DNA of 63,891 bases, filler included, from Octopus bimaculoides (GCF_001194135.2; 8 parts of 7 records of this genome joined end to end with filler, not necessarily neighbours in it); one strand, 5' to 3'; shown: positions 26,390 to 38,989, counted from the whole stretch's first letter. Made by a program: numbers and translations. The notes: a model not told the origin generated them from the sequence alone.

Positions 26390-27378
26390 ATATAACGCAG
26401 AAATGGCACCCGGTAAATTTACGGCGCTATGTAGAACTTCACCGAATATTTACAGGCATAGATGTGTGCGGGCGATGAATATAGGAAAATTCTGTCTTAC
26501 CTCTACGGAGACCGTTAGAGGAATAAAGGATCAATCAATACTGCCTTTCGGCGTTTTGATTGCAGTAAACCTCAGTTGTAATGCTCTGATTGGCTTTCAG
26601 AAAGCTGTAATGGACCCCACCAATTGCAGACCGCCAAGCTGTCACCATAATCCTTTGCTGATGCAACTTTTGCTTTGGGAAATATTTGGAGGACTCATCA
26701 CAATGAAGCCATTGACGATTATCAAGCCGTTTACTATTATCATAAAGGATCCACTTTTTGTCATAAGTGACTATTTAGTCCAGAATAGGATCATTGATGT
26801 TTCGCAGAAAGAGCGTGCAGCATACTTCAAAACGCCGAACTTGCAGATTTTCATTGAGCTCATGCAGTACCCATTTATCCAGATGTTCACCTTACCAATC
26901 CTCTGCATATTGCGTGAGACTGTTGCAATACCAACACCCAGTGCCGGAGACATTTCTCCGACACTTCGACGTGGATTTTGTTCAACAATTGTTTTTAATT
27001 GTTCATCGTCAAGACTGCATGAACGTCCTCAACATTCTTGATCTTCAAGGCTCCCATCACCACTACGGAATTTTTGAAACCGCCTTCGTACTGTGTGATC
27101 ACTTGTAGACCAATATCTCTATGCTCTGTTGATATTGGGAGTAGTTTGGGAGGCACAGTGCCCTAGCTTGAACTCATGCGAAGGTCTTTTCTAGACATGT
27201 TCATATTTAAGACGGCTATGCTTCAATAATGTTTTCTGTCTGAAATAAGTATAAAATTATTAAAGAGCATGCATTATTATGTATGTCAAAATTCATCTAA
27301 AATATAATTAAAATGCCATTATACAATTGCGCTTGATACACAACACTTAGAGCGGTCATTACTTTCGGAACAACCGAA
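26390..27378 (-). mobile_element. Mariner transposase relic (one TIR retained)
   Basis: Minus-strand frameshifted peptides: MNMSRKDLR..EFKLGH, RRRFQKFRSGDGSLED, WVLHELNENLQVRRFEVC, IVTYDKKWILYDN; TIR-like ttcggttgttccgaaagtaatg at the right end followed by TA. The plus-strand 212-aa ORF is its antisense shadow. Confidence 0.85.
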
Positions 27379-28621
27379 TACATTACCCAACAAAGAGGGT
27401 GGGGAATAGAAACACACACACGCACGCACACGCGCGCGCGCGAACACTCACTCGCGCGCACACACACGAAATTGTTCAACCTGGGCTATAACAGAAGGCA
27501 CATTTGCAATTTGCTACACAGTAGCGCAGAATACATATGTATAAGGTAAGATGTAATGGCATTGATCCAACATGTGTTCCTTGTTAAAAAACGAATATTG
27601 CATCATTGACCTGGAAAGGTCCTTTCTCGTGAGTGCTTGGTGTATAAAACCACATATATAGATCGTAGCAGCAATTTCTCATATCACGTGATACCAGAGT
27701 ATTGGACGTCTTCAGTGAGAAGAACTTAACATCCATGTAAATTTGGATACAAATATTACCTTTTTGGTATTAATGTTCCTTCCGTCGCTGATAATTAACT
27801 TTTAATAAGCTTGCTACGCCAGTGTTTGGGGAATGCCGAAATCATATATAACGTAGCAGTGAGACTTGGCTGACATGAGGTGACTGCTGTTTCCCACTGA
27901 GGACGTCCAGTGGACACTAATCACGTGACACAGGAATTCTGGCGCCTTCGACAGATGAATTCTGTCTGCTACGTTCTATGTGTGTGCTTTTATGTACCAA
28001 GTGCCTACATAAGACGATCTCCCAAGGCTAATAACGGAGTATTAGGTGTTCTAACAAGGTATCAATGTTACTTCGTCTATAAAAATTAAATTTTGACATC
28101 AATACTGCTTCTGTCGTTAAATATTAATTATTTGTGATTAGTTAAGCCAGTTACAGTATTTTAGAATTATCTATTGAATAAACATTTTCTTTTTCTGTAC
28201 ATGTGCGTCGATTTCTTCAGATTCATTCCTAAATATGCGATGACATTAACTAATAAACACTTTTATTCTAATTCTATGACGGTCACATGTTCATTTTGAT
28301 GTATATACATTATACATACACATGCACGAGCGTGCGCATATATACATGCACACACACACAACACACACACACATACTCTCTCTCTCTTCCTCTCTCCCTC
28401 TCTCTCCCTCTCTCTCCCTCTCTCTCTCTTCCTCTCTCTCTCTCTTCCTCTCTCTCTCTCTCTTTCTGTCTCTCTCTCTCTTTCTGTCTCTCTCTCTCTC
28501 TCTCTCTCTCTCNNNNNNNNNNNNNNNNNNNNNNNNNNNNNNNNNNNNNNNNNNNNTTAATTAATTAANNNNNNNNNNNNNNNNNNNNNNNNNNNNNNNN
28601 NNNNNNNNNNNNATATATATT

Positions 28622-28652
<31 letters not shown>

Positions 28653-28669
28653 ATATGTGTGTGTATATA

Positions 28670-28905
28670 TTTGTGTGTCTGTGTTTGTCGCCCCATCATC
28701 ACTTGACAACCGATGTTGGTGTGTTTACGTCCTTGTAACTTAGCGGTTCGGCAAAAGAAACCGATAAGATAAGTACTAGGCTCACAAAGAATAAGTACCA
28801 GTCTTTAAAAAATACGTACTGGGGTCGACCAGTTCGAGTAAACTTCATCAAGGTTGCGCCCCAGCATGGCCGCAGTCTAATGAACCGGCAAGCAAAAGAC
28901 AAAAG
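28670..28905 (+). mobile_element. 3' half of CORE-type SINE
   Basis: Same tail blocks as 8470-8686. Confidence 0.82.
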
Positions 28906-28916
28906 ACATATGTATG

Positions 28917-28950
<34 letters not shown>

Positions 28951-29069
28951 TATGATAGAGAGAGAGGGAGGGAAGGAGTGAGAGAGAGGGGAGAGAGGAG
29001 ATAAAGAATGAGGCCATTAGGCTATAAGAATGAGAGATGAGGCCAGTATATCCTTTTCTACTCTAGGCC

Positions 29070-29228
29070 CAAGGCCCGAAATTTTGGGGGATGGGGCCAG
29101 TCGATTAGATCGACCCCAGTACGCGACTGGTACTTAATTTATCGACTCTGAAAGGATGAAAGTCAAAGTCGACTCAGAACATAAAGAAAGACGAAATACC
29201 GCGCACGGAGTGCTAACGTTTCTGCCAG
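29070..29228 (-). mobile_element. Meta-like tRNA SINE
   Basis: cctttttctactctaggcccaaggcc...gtcgattagatcgaccccagt...gaaaggatgaaagtcaaagtcgac. Confidence 0.8.
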
Positions 29229-29729
29229 AAGAATGGAATAGATCATTATTCAGTTCTTAACTCCAATAGAAACGAGTTTTGTAGTTACGGTTTCTTCTTT
29301 TACTACAGCTAGAAAGAATTTGTTAACCTGGTGAGCTGTTGTTTTCGTTCTGTTCTTCGACTGTGTTGTTGTTGTTGTTGTGTCCAGCCATGTTGTTTGT
29401 AGTAACACTCCGCACGTTAAATTCAAGTTTCAGGCGAAAATCACTACGATCGTGAATAAAAGGCTCCGTCAGTCAATTCATCGCCTTAACATGCCCAGTT
29501 ATTAAGAAAATGAGAAAGAGGGAATACAAAAGAATAGTGAGAAAGATAAAGGGTGATATAAAAGATATATTTTTTAGGTAGGAAGATGACGCGAGAAAGT
29601 GATAATACGGATAAGGAGTATTAACGAGGGTGTGAAACATATATGATTTTCATAAATGCTTTAAAATATACGTCTCTGAATTATTATTGTATCTAATTAG
29701 AGTCAAATTTCTTTAACTCACTTTCTCTT

Positions 29730-29776
<47 letters not shown>

Positions 29777-29969
29777 ATGTGTGTGTGTGAAAGCTATATG
29801 AAAATAATAAGATATGGTTGAAACATAAATAGAAGAGAAATAAAGAAATAAAGCAATAAATACCGATGCGAACACACACTCACACGCACTTACATACACT
29901 CACGCGCACGTACCACACACACGCACAAACACGCACACACACAAACACGCACACACACACGCTTGCACA

Positions 29970-30001
<32 letters not shown>

Positions 30002-30252
30002 TATGGAGAGAGAAAGAATGAGAGAGAGGGAGTGAGAGAGATTTGGAGAGATATATACATCGGAAGTAAAGAACATATGAAAAGTACTCAATACATGATA
30101 TAGAATATATTTCATTGGTGGAGGGGAACTGAAGTCATATGAAACGCTTGTATTTCACTCGGTAAAATCTCTTTCAGAAAACAGCGATTCAATAAGGTGG
30201 TAAAACCACACAATACATACATACATACATACATACATACATACATGCATAC

Positions 30253-30733
30253 GTTTACCTAAAGCTAGAGATCTCCGATTAAGAAAATACCTGCGCTGAA
30301 CTATTGAGAAATCGATTGTTACTCACGTTCAGGCTTAACCTGTAACTATTGGGTCAATGGGATGTGTAACACACTACCTAAGTACCAGTCTTGAGAAATT
30401 AGACTTCTCAAAACCAGAAAAGAGAAAACTGATTCGAAGACTACAGATCCAATCCATCAGTGGAACTGCAAGAATCCGTAAAACTTTCCAGAAGTTTCTC
30501 ATTTAAGTATATATGAGCATGTCTAAAAAAGCAACTATATGCATGAGATTACATACATGAAATGAAACATACAAACCTGCATATATACACAAATAAACGA
30601 ATACATACGTACATATATACATACAAAAATACTCTGTCAATGTTGTTGAAATTCCAATGAAGGAGCCTTGGATCTAGGTTAGAAACCAGCTCTTTCCCTA
30701 TTGGCAAGAAATCTTGAAATAAATCTGAATAAC
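30253..30733 (+). mobile_element. REL-type (R4-like) LINE 3' end flanked by (CATA)n
   Basis: PVTIGSMGCVTHYLSTSLEKLDFSKPEKRKLIRRLQIQSISGTARIRKTFQKFLI* (stop 30504-30506) has the IGxxG...LQ...GTARI signature of REL C-termini; TACA/CATA arrays at 30213-30252 and 30736-30800. Confidence 0.7.
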
Positions 30734-32139
30734 GACATACATGCATACATACATACATATATACATAATACATACATACATACATACATACGTACATGCA
30801 TACATTAGGTTGTTAGGTTCATTAGGCTATGTACTAAATTTGCACAAAATCTTAGTGATACTCGGTTTCACGGTGAAAGTGCAAAAATGACTGCCGCGAA
30901 TTCTCCAAATCCAATCTGTTAGAGGCATAGTGAAGTTTTGTAAACCATTCCAAAAATTCTCCATCTGAGATACTTATGTGAATAGATGAAAACACTTGGG
31001 CGGATGCGTTGACTGCTCAACCAACACACCATCTCAGCCACATATTTACAAACATCAGGAACTCTCTTAACTCAAAAAGTCTCGTAGCTTTGTTAGTGAC
31101 TGGCTTGAATTCTCTCAAGAACTTAAAACTCAAAGAGAATTCATACATATGTATTTGCGTATGTATGTATGTATGTATGTGTGTGCGTGCGTGCGTGCGT
31201 GCGTTTGTATACTTAATGGCAGGAATAAACATACACATCCATATGGTTGTATAAAGCCTAGTTTTACTACTGCTGATGTACAGCATAATTCTTCGAAATA
31301 TATTTGAGCAGTAGAACGGGAGAATTAAAGTTACAGATTTGTAAGCAACGAGTACGCTTTTTCCCCGCTTTCTTCTATACAATATTTTTCATTCACTTTT
31401 TTTTTCTCCAACTTATTGAACTTCAGTTGTCTGAACAAGAGTTCACTCGCAGACACTCACAATTAATAACACATAGTTTCAATCGGCTAATTTATACACC
31501 TACTGATATAATTGGTAACATGTCACTTCTGTCTGTCTATCTGTGTGTATGTCTCTTTCTCTCTCTCCCTCTCTCTTTCCCTCTCTTTGTTTGTCCTTCT
31601 CTCTGACATGCGCAGGAAAAGCAATTAGTTGCTAGACACTTCTACCACATTCGTAATTTGTTAAAACATTGACAAGCCGCTTAGTTACACTGAATACTGA
31701 ACTGAGGCGAACAGTTTAATTAGACATGCATTAATCGTATAGTTTCACACGCGCGCGCGCTCATATACATGCATGATAAAGGAAGATTAATAAATCCGAG
31801 CTTCATCCTCAGTCATCACTCCTGCGAATATCGGATTACAGAGTGTATATAAGTAAACAGTTTACTTCAAAGAAAAAGAAACTATTGAGCTACTAAATTA
31901 GTCAGAATATAATACATTAAATCCAAGAGCGGAACCATTGGTATAATATCTATTTCTTTAGTTGCACGCGTTTCAATACCACTTCGTACATACTTTTTCA
32001 TGAATATAAATATTAATATGAATATAAGTATAAATGATTTTTGTGATATTACAACATACTTTTGAAGTAATACTTTTGAACATTTGTCTGATGAAATGCG
32101 CATAAATCTCATGTAATATGTTATAATATTACAAAATAG

Positions 32140-32345
32140 ATTAAAGCGACGAACTGGCAGAACCGTTAGCATTCCAGGAAAAATGATTAGTAAAATTTTG
32201 TCTTGATGTTCTAAGTTCAAATTTTGCCGACGTCCACTTTAATTTTCATCCTCTTGGGGTCGATAAAATTGAATTCTGGTGTCGAAGTAATCGACTCGCC
32301 CCTCGCCTAAAATTGCTGGTCTTGTGCCAAGATTTGAAATCAATA
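32140..32345 (+). mobile_element. Degenerate Meta-like tRNA SINE
   Basis: ctggcagaaccgttagc...gttcaaattttgccgacgtccac...catcctcttggggtcgataaaat. Confidence 0.75.
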
Positions 32346-32955
32346 TTTATATTCAATAAATGTTTACAGAAGTGAATGACAAAACTGAAAAATAAAATGT
32401 AAAAGCATTCTATTTTAGATACGAAGTATAAAACATAATTACATGTATATTGTATTATTTATTAAATGGTATAGAGGAACATATATTTGATTCAATTATC
32501 CCCTTTTAAATGCAGTTTGTCATAAGTAATTAATTATAAAAAGTGAAGTTTTATCATTTGTGGCTTCTCCACAAGACCCCATTATCATTTGGCATACATA
32601 TANNNNNNNNNNNNNNNNNNNNNNNNNNNNNNNNNNNNNNNNNNNNNNNNNNNNNNNNNNNNNNNNNNNNNNNNNNNNNNNNNNNNNNNNNNNNNNNNNN
32701 NNNNNNNNNNNNNNNNNNNNNNNNNNNNNNNNNATATATACACACTGTACACACACATATATATGTATATATAATTTGTATGCTTTTATATGCTTAAATA
32801 TATAATTAAATGTATATTTAATTATATGTATGCATGTATGTATGTACGTAAGTGGCATCTGTCAGTTTTGCAGATTATGGAGAACACGTGTGAAAGCGGA
32901 AGATGATACTGTGCAACTTCTGAAACGACTCTGTATTGCAATCTTTGATCTAGAG

Positions 32956-33609
32956 TAAGGGTCGGTGAACCAGGGTAAATTACCCCAAGTGGGGTAAAAA
33001 AGAATTTCTTAAGGGTAATGAGGACTCATTAAACATAAGTAAAACTATATATAAAAAACGCGTTCCTTGTTACGACAGAATTTTTTTTTTTCTGGCAACA
33101 CTATCTGTAATGAACGTGTTTAGGAGACGTTACGCCATTTTCAACTACAAACAATTTGGTTGCTTAGGCGTTGTCAAGTGACTAAGCATTATTTGTCAGT
33201 TGTCTATTACCCGTCTTAACCTTATTCTTTGAAACACGTGTTTTTGCTTTGTTTAAATAGATTTAATAAAATTGATAGGACCCCGAAGACTGTATCCAAA
33301 TTTCTCTGGCATCAAAATATTCCCATTTTGATGTAATTGTAACCAAATAGAAACAACTTAATTTCTCCTAAACCTGAAGTGAAAAAGTTTCTAGCAAAAT
33401 CCTTTTGTTTCATAACGAGGATATTAATTTATTTTATCGTATTAGTTTTATACTCTTTATATTTATAATTGCATTCTCCATATAAATAGATACAATAAAT
33501 CTTTTGAATTCAAAGAATCATGATTTTCTTCCTTTCGAATTAAGGGGGTAATGTCGGTGTAAATAAATATATTTTGGAATAACTGGTTAAACAATTTCCC
33601 TGATCCCTG
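32956..33609. mobile_element. Non-autonomous hAT (Charlie-type) element
   Basis: 8-bp TSD atctagag (32948-32955) / ttctagag (33610-33617) fits the NTCTAGAN preference; degenerate TIRs taagggtcggtgaac and (reverse complement) cagggatcagggaaa. Confidence 0.65.
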
Positions 33610-33619
33610 TTCTAGAGAG

Positions 33620-34130
33620 TCTCAGGTGTAGTTCGTTCATAAAAAAGACTGGGGTATGGCTTGTACGGATGCTACAAATGAACAGTTGATCAAAATGCAA
33701 GAGCTTTGATGTTCGACCTTTAATATTATAGAAAAGTGAACATCGAGGCGATGCTTGTCTTCTCATACATATCAATATTGCAGATTCTGTGCTGTCATTT
33801 GATCTCATGGATTCTGCGCAAACACCACATTTGAAACACATGAAGTTTGTATTCTCGTGAAGGGTACGTTGCTCACGGATCGTTACCATATTAGAGTCTG
33901 CTGGGGATACAGGCTTTGTATACCTCGATTCTAATAGATGTTCTGAGCTACATATTCTCTTTTGTTGAGGGGATAGGAGCTGCTTTGTCGATGCGCTTCT
34001 TTAGTTATGTATCTAGTCTGACGTTGTAGCATTGGAATCAAAGTATTTCATGAATTGTCTCCAGTTTCTTATGACTGAACTTCGTGTAAAAAGGGACTGG
34101 AGCTCCATGTTCTATGACTTAAATCTTCTT
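33620..34130 (-). mobile_element. RTE-clade LINE RT/C-terminal relic
   Basis: Minus strand: KKRIDKAA...IEVYKACIPSRL*YGNDP*ATY...FQMWCLRRIHEIK*QHRICN...SMFTFL, matching the RTE motif VYKACILSTLLYGSETW...FHMRCLRRIL. Confidence 0.8.
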
Positions 34131-34799
34131 GAAATTGATTGTAAAAATAAAACCTAAATTTGAGAAGGAAGCTGGATAATCAGCAAACATCCTAACTATG
34201 GTGGTCATTTTCATCATCATTCATTCTACCTATAGTCAGGCTGTATAGGAGGATCGGGCATCATACATTGAGTGGAAGTAGCCGCCATCGATCGAGAAGT
34301 CAATGTGTGTCCTCGGATCAATGCGAAGAGGACACCAAAATAAATTGTGGTGAGTTTGCAGTCTTGCATCACTTTGATCTTAGCTCTAAATTTTCTGGAA
34401 ATAGATCGTTATGTAGCTCCATCATACCGTTATGGAGAGACACGATGCATAATAGACTATCTGAGCAACCGATGAGTGGTAACTCCGTTAAACGGTGGCC
34501 TCTACAGATGAGGTCAAAGCAATTATTAGATCAATGGAGGCCAGATATAGTAGCTAATTCTGATATCTACACTTTTCTTGAAACTAATGGAGTAAAATAT
34601 GTTAGCTACGATAGATTTTCTGGTGCAAAAACATGTTACCATTCGGAACATACACTATCAACATGTTTGTGAAGATTTTTGTAAAAGTACTGAATCAATT
34701 TTTTCCATTGCCTGTCTTGATGCACAGTATGACAATGATGGAATCTCAGTGATTGTTGTACTACGAGGACTTCAGTGTTAAATGGAACTCCTAGATGGC

Positions 34800-35074
34800 C
34801 TAACTGCCTGATCATTGATGTAGCCATACCAAATGACATGAATATTGTGAGTTGAAAAAATCGCCAAGTACACCGAACTGAAAGTGGAAATGGCAAGACT
34901 GTATGGAATGCGAAAAGGTAATGTAAAAGTGATACCAGTCGTGATAGGAGCGTTGGACTCAATCCCATTGAAACTTCAAAACTTCTTAAGGCAACTGGAA
35001 ATTCCATGCAAGACTGATGCCTTGCAAAAGAAGCCTTATTGGGCACAGCGCACATCTTAAAGAAAGTATGTAGG
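34800..35074 (+). mobile_element. R4/Dong-like REL domain fragment
   Basis: CLIIDVAIPNDMNIV...KIAKYTELKVEMARLYG...KVIPVVIGALDSIP...LLGTAHILKKV. Confidence 0.85.
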
Positions 35075-35097
35075 AATAATAATAATAATAATAATGA

Positions 35098-35255
35098 TAA
35101 TCCTTTCTACAATAGGCACAAGGTCAGAAATGGCGGAGGAGGGAATGAGTCGATTACATTGACCTCAGTGTTTCACGGGTACTTAATTTATCGAGCCCGA
35201 AAGGATGAAAAGCAAAATCGACCTCGGCGGAATTTGAACTCGGTATGTAGCGACA
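35098..35255 (-). mobile_element. Meta-like tRNA SINE
   Basis: Same core as 13392; (ATT)n tail on the minus strand. Confidence 0.8.
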
Positions 35256-35415
35256 NNNNNNNNNNNNNNNNNNNNNNNNNNNNNNNNNNNNNNNNNNNNN
35301 NNNNNNNNNNNNNNNNNNNNNNNNNNNNNNNNNNNNNNNNNNNNNNNNNNNNNNNNNNNNNNNNNNNNNNNNNNNNNNNNNNNNNNNNNNNNNNNNNNNN
35401 NNNNNNNNNNNNNNN

Positions 35416-35466
<51 letters not shown>

Positions 35467-35612
35467 TATTATTATTGTTATTATTATTATTATTATTTCA
35501 TTTATTTACCACAGGGGTGAAGGATGAGTGGGACAATACAGAGACAGGCATAATGTATAGGGTTTTAAATATAATAATGAAATGATAAAATTAAATAAAT
35601 AAATAAATAAAT

Positions 35613-35820
35613 AATCCTTTCTACTATAGGCACAATTTAGGAGAGGGGTAAGTCGAATTCATCGACCCCAGTACTCAGCTGGTACTTAATTTGTCGGCGC
35701 AGAAAGGATGAAAGGCAAAGTCGACATCGGCTGAATTTGAACTCAGAAGATAGCAATGGGCGAAATACAGCTAAACATTTCGGCCAGTGTACTAACGAAG
35801 CTAGCAGCTCGCTGCCTTAA
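35613..35820 (-). mobile_element. Meta-like tRNA SINE
   Basis: aatcctttctactataggcac...gaaaggatgaaaggcaaagtcgac...gctcgctgcctt. Confidence 0.82.
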
Positions 35821-35840
35821 TACTACTAATAATAATAATA

Positions 35841-36414
35841 ACAGATAGGCGCAACGCTAATACAAAATACACCATGGCAATATGGAAAGAATGATCCATT
35901 CGGAGCTATGCGGAAATCACGGCCTACAAAGAGCAAAGATGTGGTACGAAAAAACTCCAGAAGGAGTCACCGAAAATGAGAATTGCAAAATCCTGTGGGA
36001 TACAATGATCCAGTGCGATCACCCGATCAGACATCGGAAACCGGACATTGTTGTGATGAATTAAAAAGAAAGAACATGTATGATAATCGACATTAGCCCT
36101 GATGGCAATAGAGCTAATGTGAAAGAAGCTATGACGATTTGAGGTGGGAAATACGAAGGTTGTTGTCAATGAAGAGGGTAAACGTGATACCAATAGTAAT
36201 TGGTGCACTTCGAAGTATCAGTACTCGACTACCAACATGATTAAAAACAGATCGGTGCAAGTGTGTAGGTAGAACAGCGACAAAAATCAGCATTGCTTGG
36301 AACTGCAAGGATTCTTCGCAGGGTTCTTGAAGCATGACCAGTAAACAAGTGTCATCTTAGTCTGCTGGCTGTGGACAGCTAACACATTCAGAAAAATAAG
36401 CTGTGAGTTTTCAT
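35841..36414 (+). mobile_element. R4/Dong-like LINE 3' end between TAA arrays
   Basis: MIHSELCGNHGLQRAKMWYEKTPEGVTENENCKILWDTMIQCDHPIRHRKPDIVV...CMIID...VIPIVIGAL...KSALLGTARILRRVLEA* (stop 36335-36337), short UTR, then taataataataat. Confidence 0.9.
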
Positions 36415-36428
36415 ATAATAATAATAAT

Positions 36429-36462
<34 letters not shown>

Positions 36463-37111
36463 ATAGTAGTAGTAGTAATAGTAGTAGTCTCACTCTATAA
36501 AGTACTTGAGGCGTTCTAGTAATTCATGCAGGAAAGTTTTATTCATGCAAACATTAGAAGTGGTTGTTTAATGGTTTTTGTATTTTGAATGTGATTGCTC
36601 CATATGCAACTCCTGCACGGTTGATTTAGTTTTTCAATAGGTAGTGAGATAAAGAAAAATAAAAATAAAAATAAAAAAATGATAGATTATATATTGATTA
36701 ATTATATATTATATAAACAATAAATTATATATAAGGAGGTCGGCTGTTGTTGATAAGAAATTGCAACATGTTTTCTCCTCCGTGTTACAACACATTTATT
36801 TCGTCTTCTGATGCGGTATAAGCGACTAATTCAGAACACTTGTAGAGCTAATCCTTCAACCAACTGGTTTAATGCTATGTTATTGCCCTTGAGTAGCTGC
36901 AGTGGAATCTATTGCAAAATGTTAGCCCACGTCTTTAGTCTATGAATCTTTTCTTCAGCTCCTCTACAAATATCATAGGCACTGTAAAAATAAATAAATT
37001 AATTAATTAATTGAATGTAATTAGAAAATTAAAAACGTCTAATTTCGTCAGTCATTTCTGAATTCGTCTCGCTTTCAAGAAGAAATAAGATCCTCACTCC
37101 AGCTGACCGAA

Positions 37112-37806
37112 TTATTACCTACCCTAAGGAAGGAGATTATGTTTCCATTGGCGTTGGTTTGTCTGCCTGTCTGTCTGTGTGCAAAATAACTGAAAAAATT
37201 TGTGAACGGTATTTGATGATACTTGCAGGAAAATTTGGTAATGACACAAGGAATAGATGAAGTTTTGGTAGTGATCTAGGAATTTTTATGGATTCTTGAA
37301 GGAATTTTCATTTGTTATATTTACTTTACATGAAGTATTACAATGTTACGTTCTTTAATTATCTCCCTTGAAAACACGTTCATCGTTTCAACTTAACAAC
37401 CTATGGTGGCGTTGCTGTTTCCAAAGTTTATTCTCGTTTCTCTATTAGTAATTTTACTCGCATATCTATCTTAAAATGAGCTGCTTGGCAGAGGTCTGCG
37501 GAGGATGACCTGTCAAGCCTTGACTATTGGGATTGATTCAAAAATCTCAGGCTTTGCTCCCTCCACCGCCACTGTGAAACTAGCTTGCTGTTGTCATTGA
37601 TGTATTATAACTGCTTCAGATGATTTCTGTTTTTAAAGGGCTTTTTTTTAAAAATGTTATGGCTGTGTTATTTTTTTAACCCCGCCACGGAGGATATGTT
37701 TTTGCCGGCGTTGGTTTGGGAAATTGGGCGATTGTCAGCATGCGTGTATATGGGTGGAAATGAGCTGCTTGGCAGAGGTCTGTGCTCTCCGAGTGCTTTT
37801 CTAGTT
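37112..37806 (+). mobile_element. Helentron/HINE-like (Pearl/DINE-type) non-autonomous element, nested or duplicated
   Basis: 5' subterminal ttacct...aaggaaggag hairpin followed by a (GTCT)-like tract; 3' cttggcagaggt sub-TIR, gtgctctccgagtgc hairpin and terminal CTAGT; the 3' block occurs twice (37474-37498, 37758-37782) and a second 5' block starts near 37675. Confidence 0.6.
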
Positions 37807-38034
37807 GCAATTTCTTTTCTTTAGCTTCATGACATCTCTGATTGCGAGACTGTAATGGCCACAGACGTTGAAGCAGTGACCTATTTATCTATTTATTTAT
37901 TCAGTTAGTTATACTTGTGGTAGTATGAACTCAGAAACATATGGTCAAATGTGATCTTCCCATTTTCAAGACAGTGGGCTATGACTTGGGAACGCTTTGT
38001 TGGTATTTCCTACAAATCAACCTACTGCGTAGTG

Positions 38035-38101
<67 letters not shown>

Positions 38102-38989
38102 CTCTCTCTCTCTCACTATCTCTCTCTCTCTTTCTTTCTCTCTCTCTCTCTCACTATCTCTCTCTCTCTTTCTCTCTCTCCCTCTGATTAGTCATCTCAC
38201 AAGTTTAAAAATAAATTAAAATTATTGCTCTTTGTCATTAATTTTCCCTCATTAAAGTATGAGGCGTAAGCAGAATCTGTAGAGCGTAGATCGAAATGCT
38301 ATGCCGTATTTCTTCTGATTCGTTACCTTCCACTTTCGAATCCCAAGGTCAAATCTGCCTTTTACCATTTTGAGGACAATAAAATAAAGAACCAGTGAAA
38401 TAGTGAAACGGATGATATTGACTAATCTTCCTCTCAAAATTGTCCGTTCTGTGCATCAATTAGAAGCCACTATTCAAGTTCCAGTCTTTTACACTCTGAG
38501 TTCCAACCTACTGTGGTTAACATTGCCTTCATCTCACCAGCGTGAATCAAATAAATTACTTGTCAAGTTCAGAGGTCGACAGTATCTACTAAACCCCCTC
38601 CCCTCAATTTTGCTAGACTAGCGTCTTAGTCATAAACCGTTATTTTTCTTCCTCATTAGACGGGTGGATAGGCAGAATAGTTATAGCGCTGGACAAAATA
38701 TTTTGCGGTATCTATTCTGGCTTTTTAGCATCTAGTTCAAATCCCGCTGAGATTAACTTTACTTTCTATCATTTCGGGTTCGATAAAATAGAGTATCAGT
38801 TAAGTAAGAATCACATCAATTTAATTGGCTCCTTTTCCAGTAATTTCAGATCTTACATCTATATTAGAATCTATTACACTGAGTAACGCGATTTTTGTCC
38901 TTGGATTAGCAACTGTTATTTCCTATGTGCTTACCTTTAGAAAGCATGAAAAATGGCTAATATTTCCTTCAAACATTGCTTTTGTTACA

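Noticed and set aside
26403-27041. 212-aa plus-strand ORF
   Set aside because: Antisense shadow of the mariner transposase relic; no recognisable protein features.
34268-34790. 134-aa and 60-aa plus-strand ORFs upstream of the REL fragment
   Set aside because: No RT or CCHC motif could be aligned with confidence; left unassigned.
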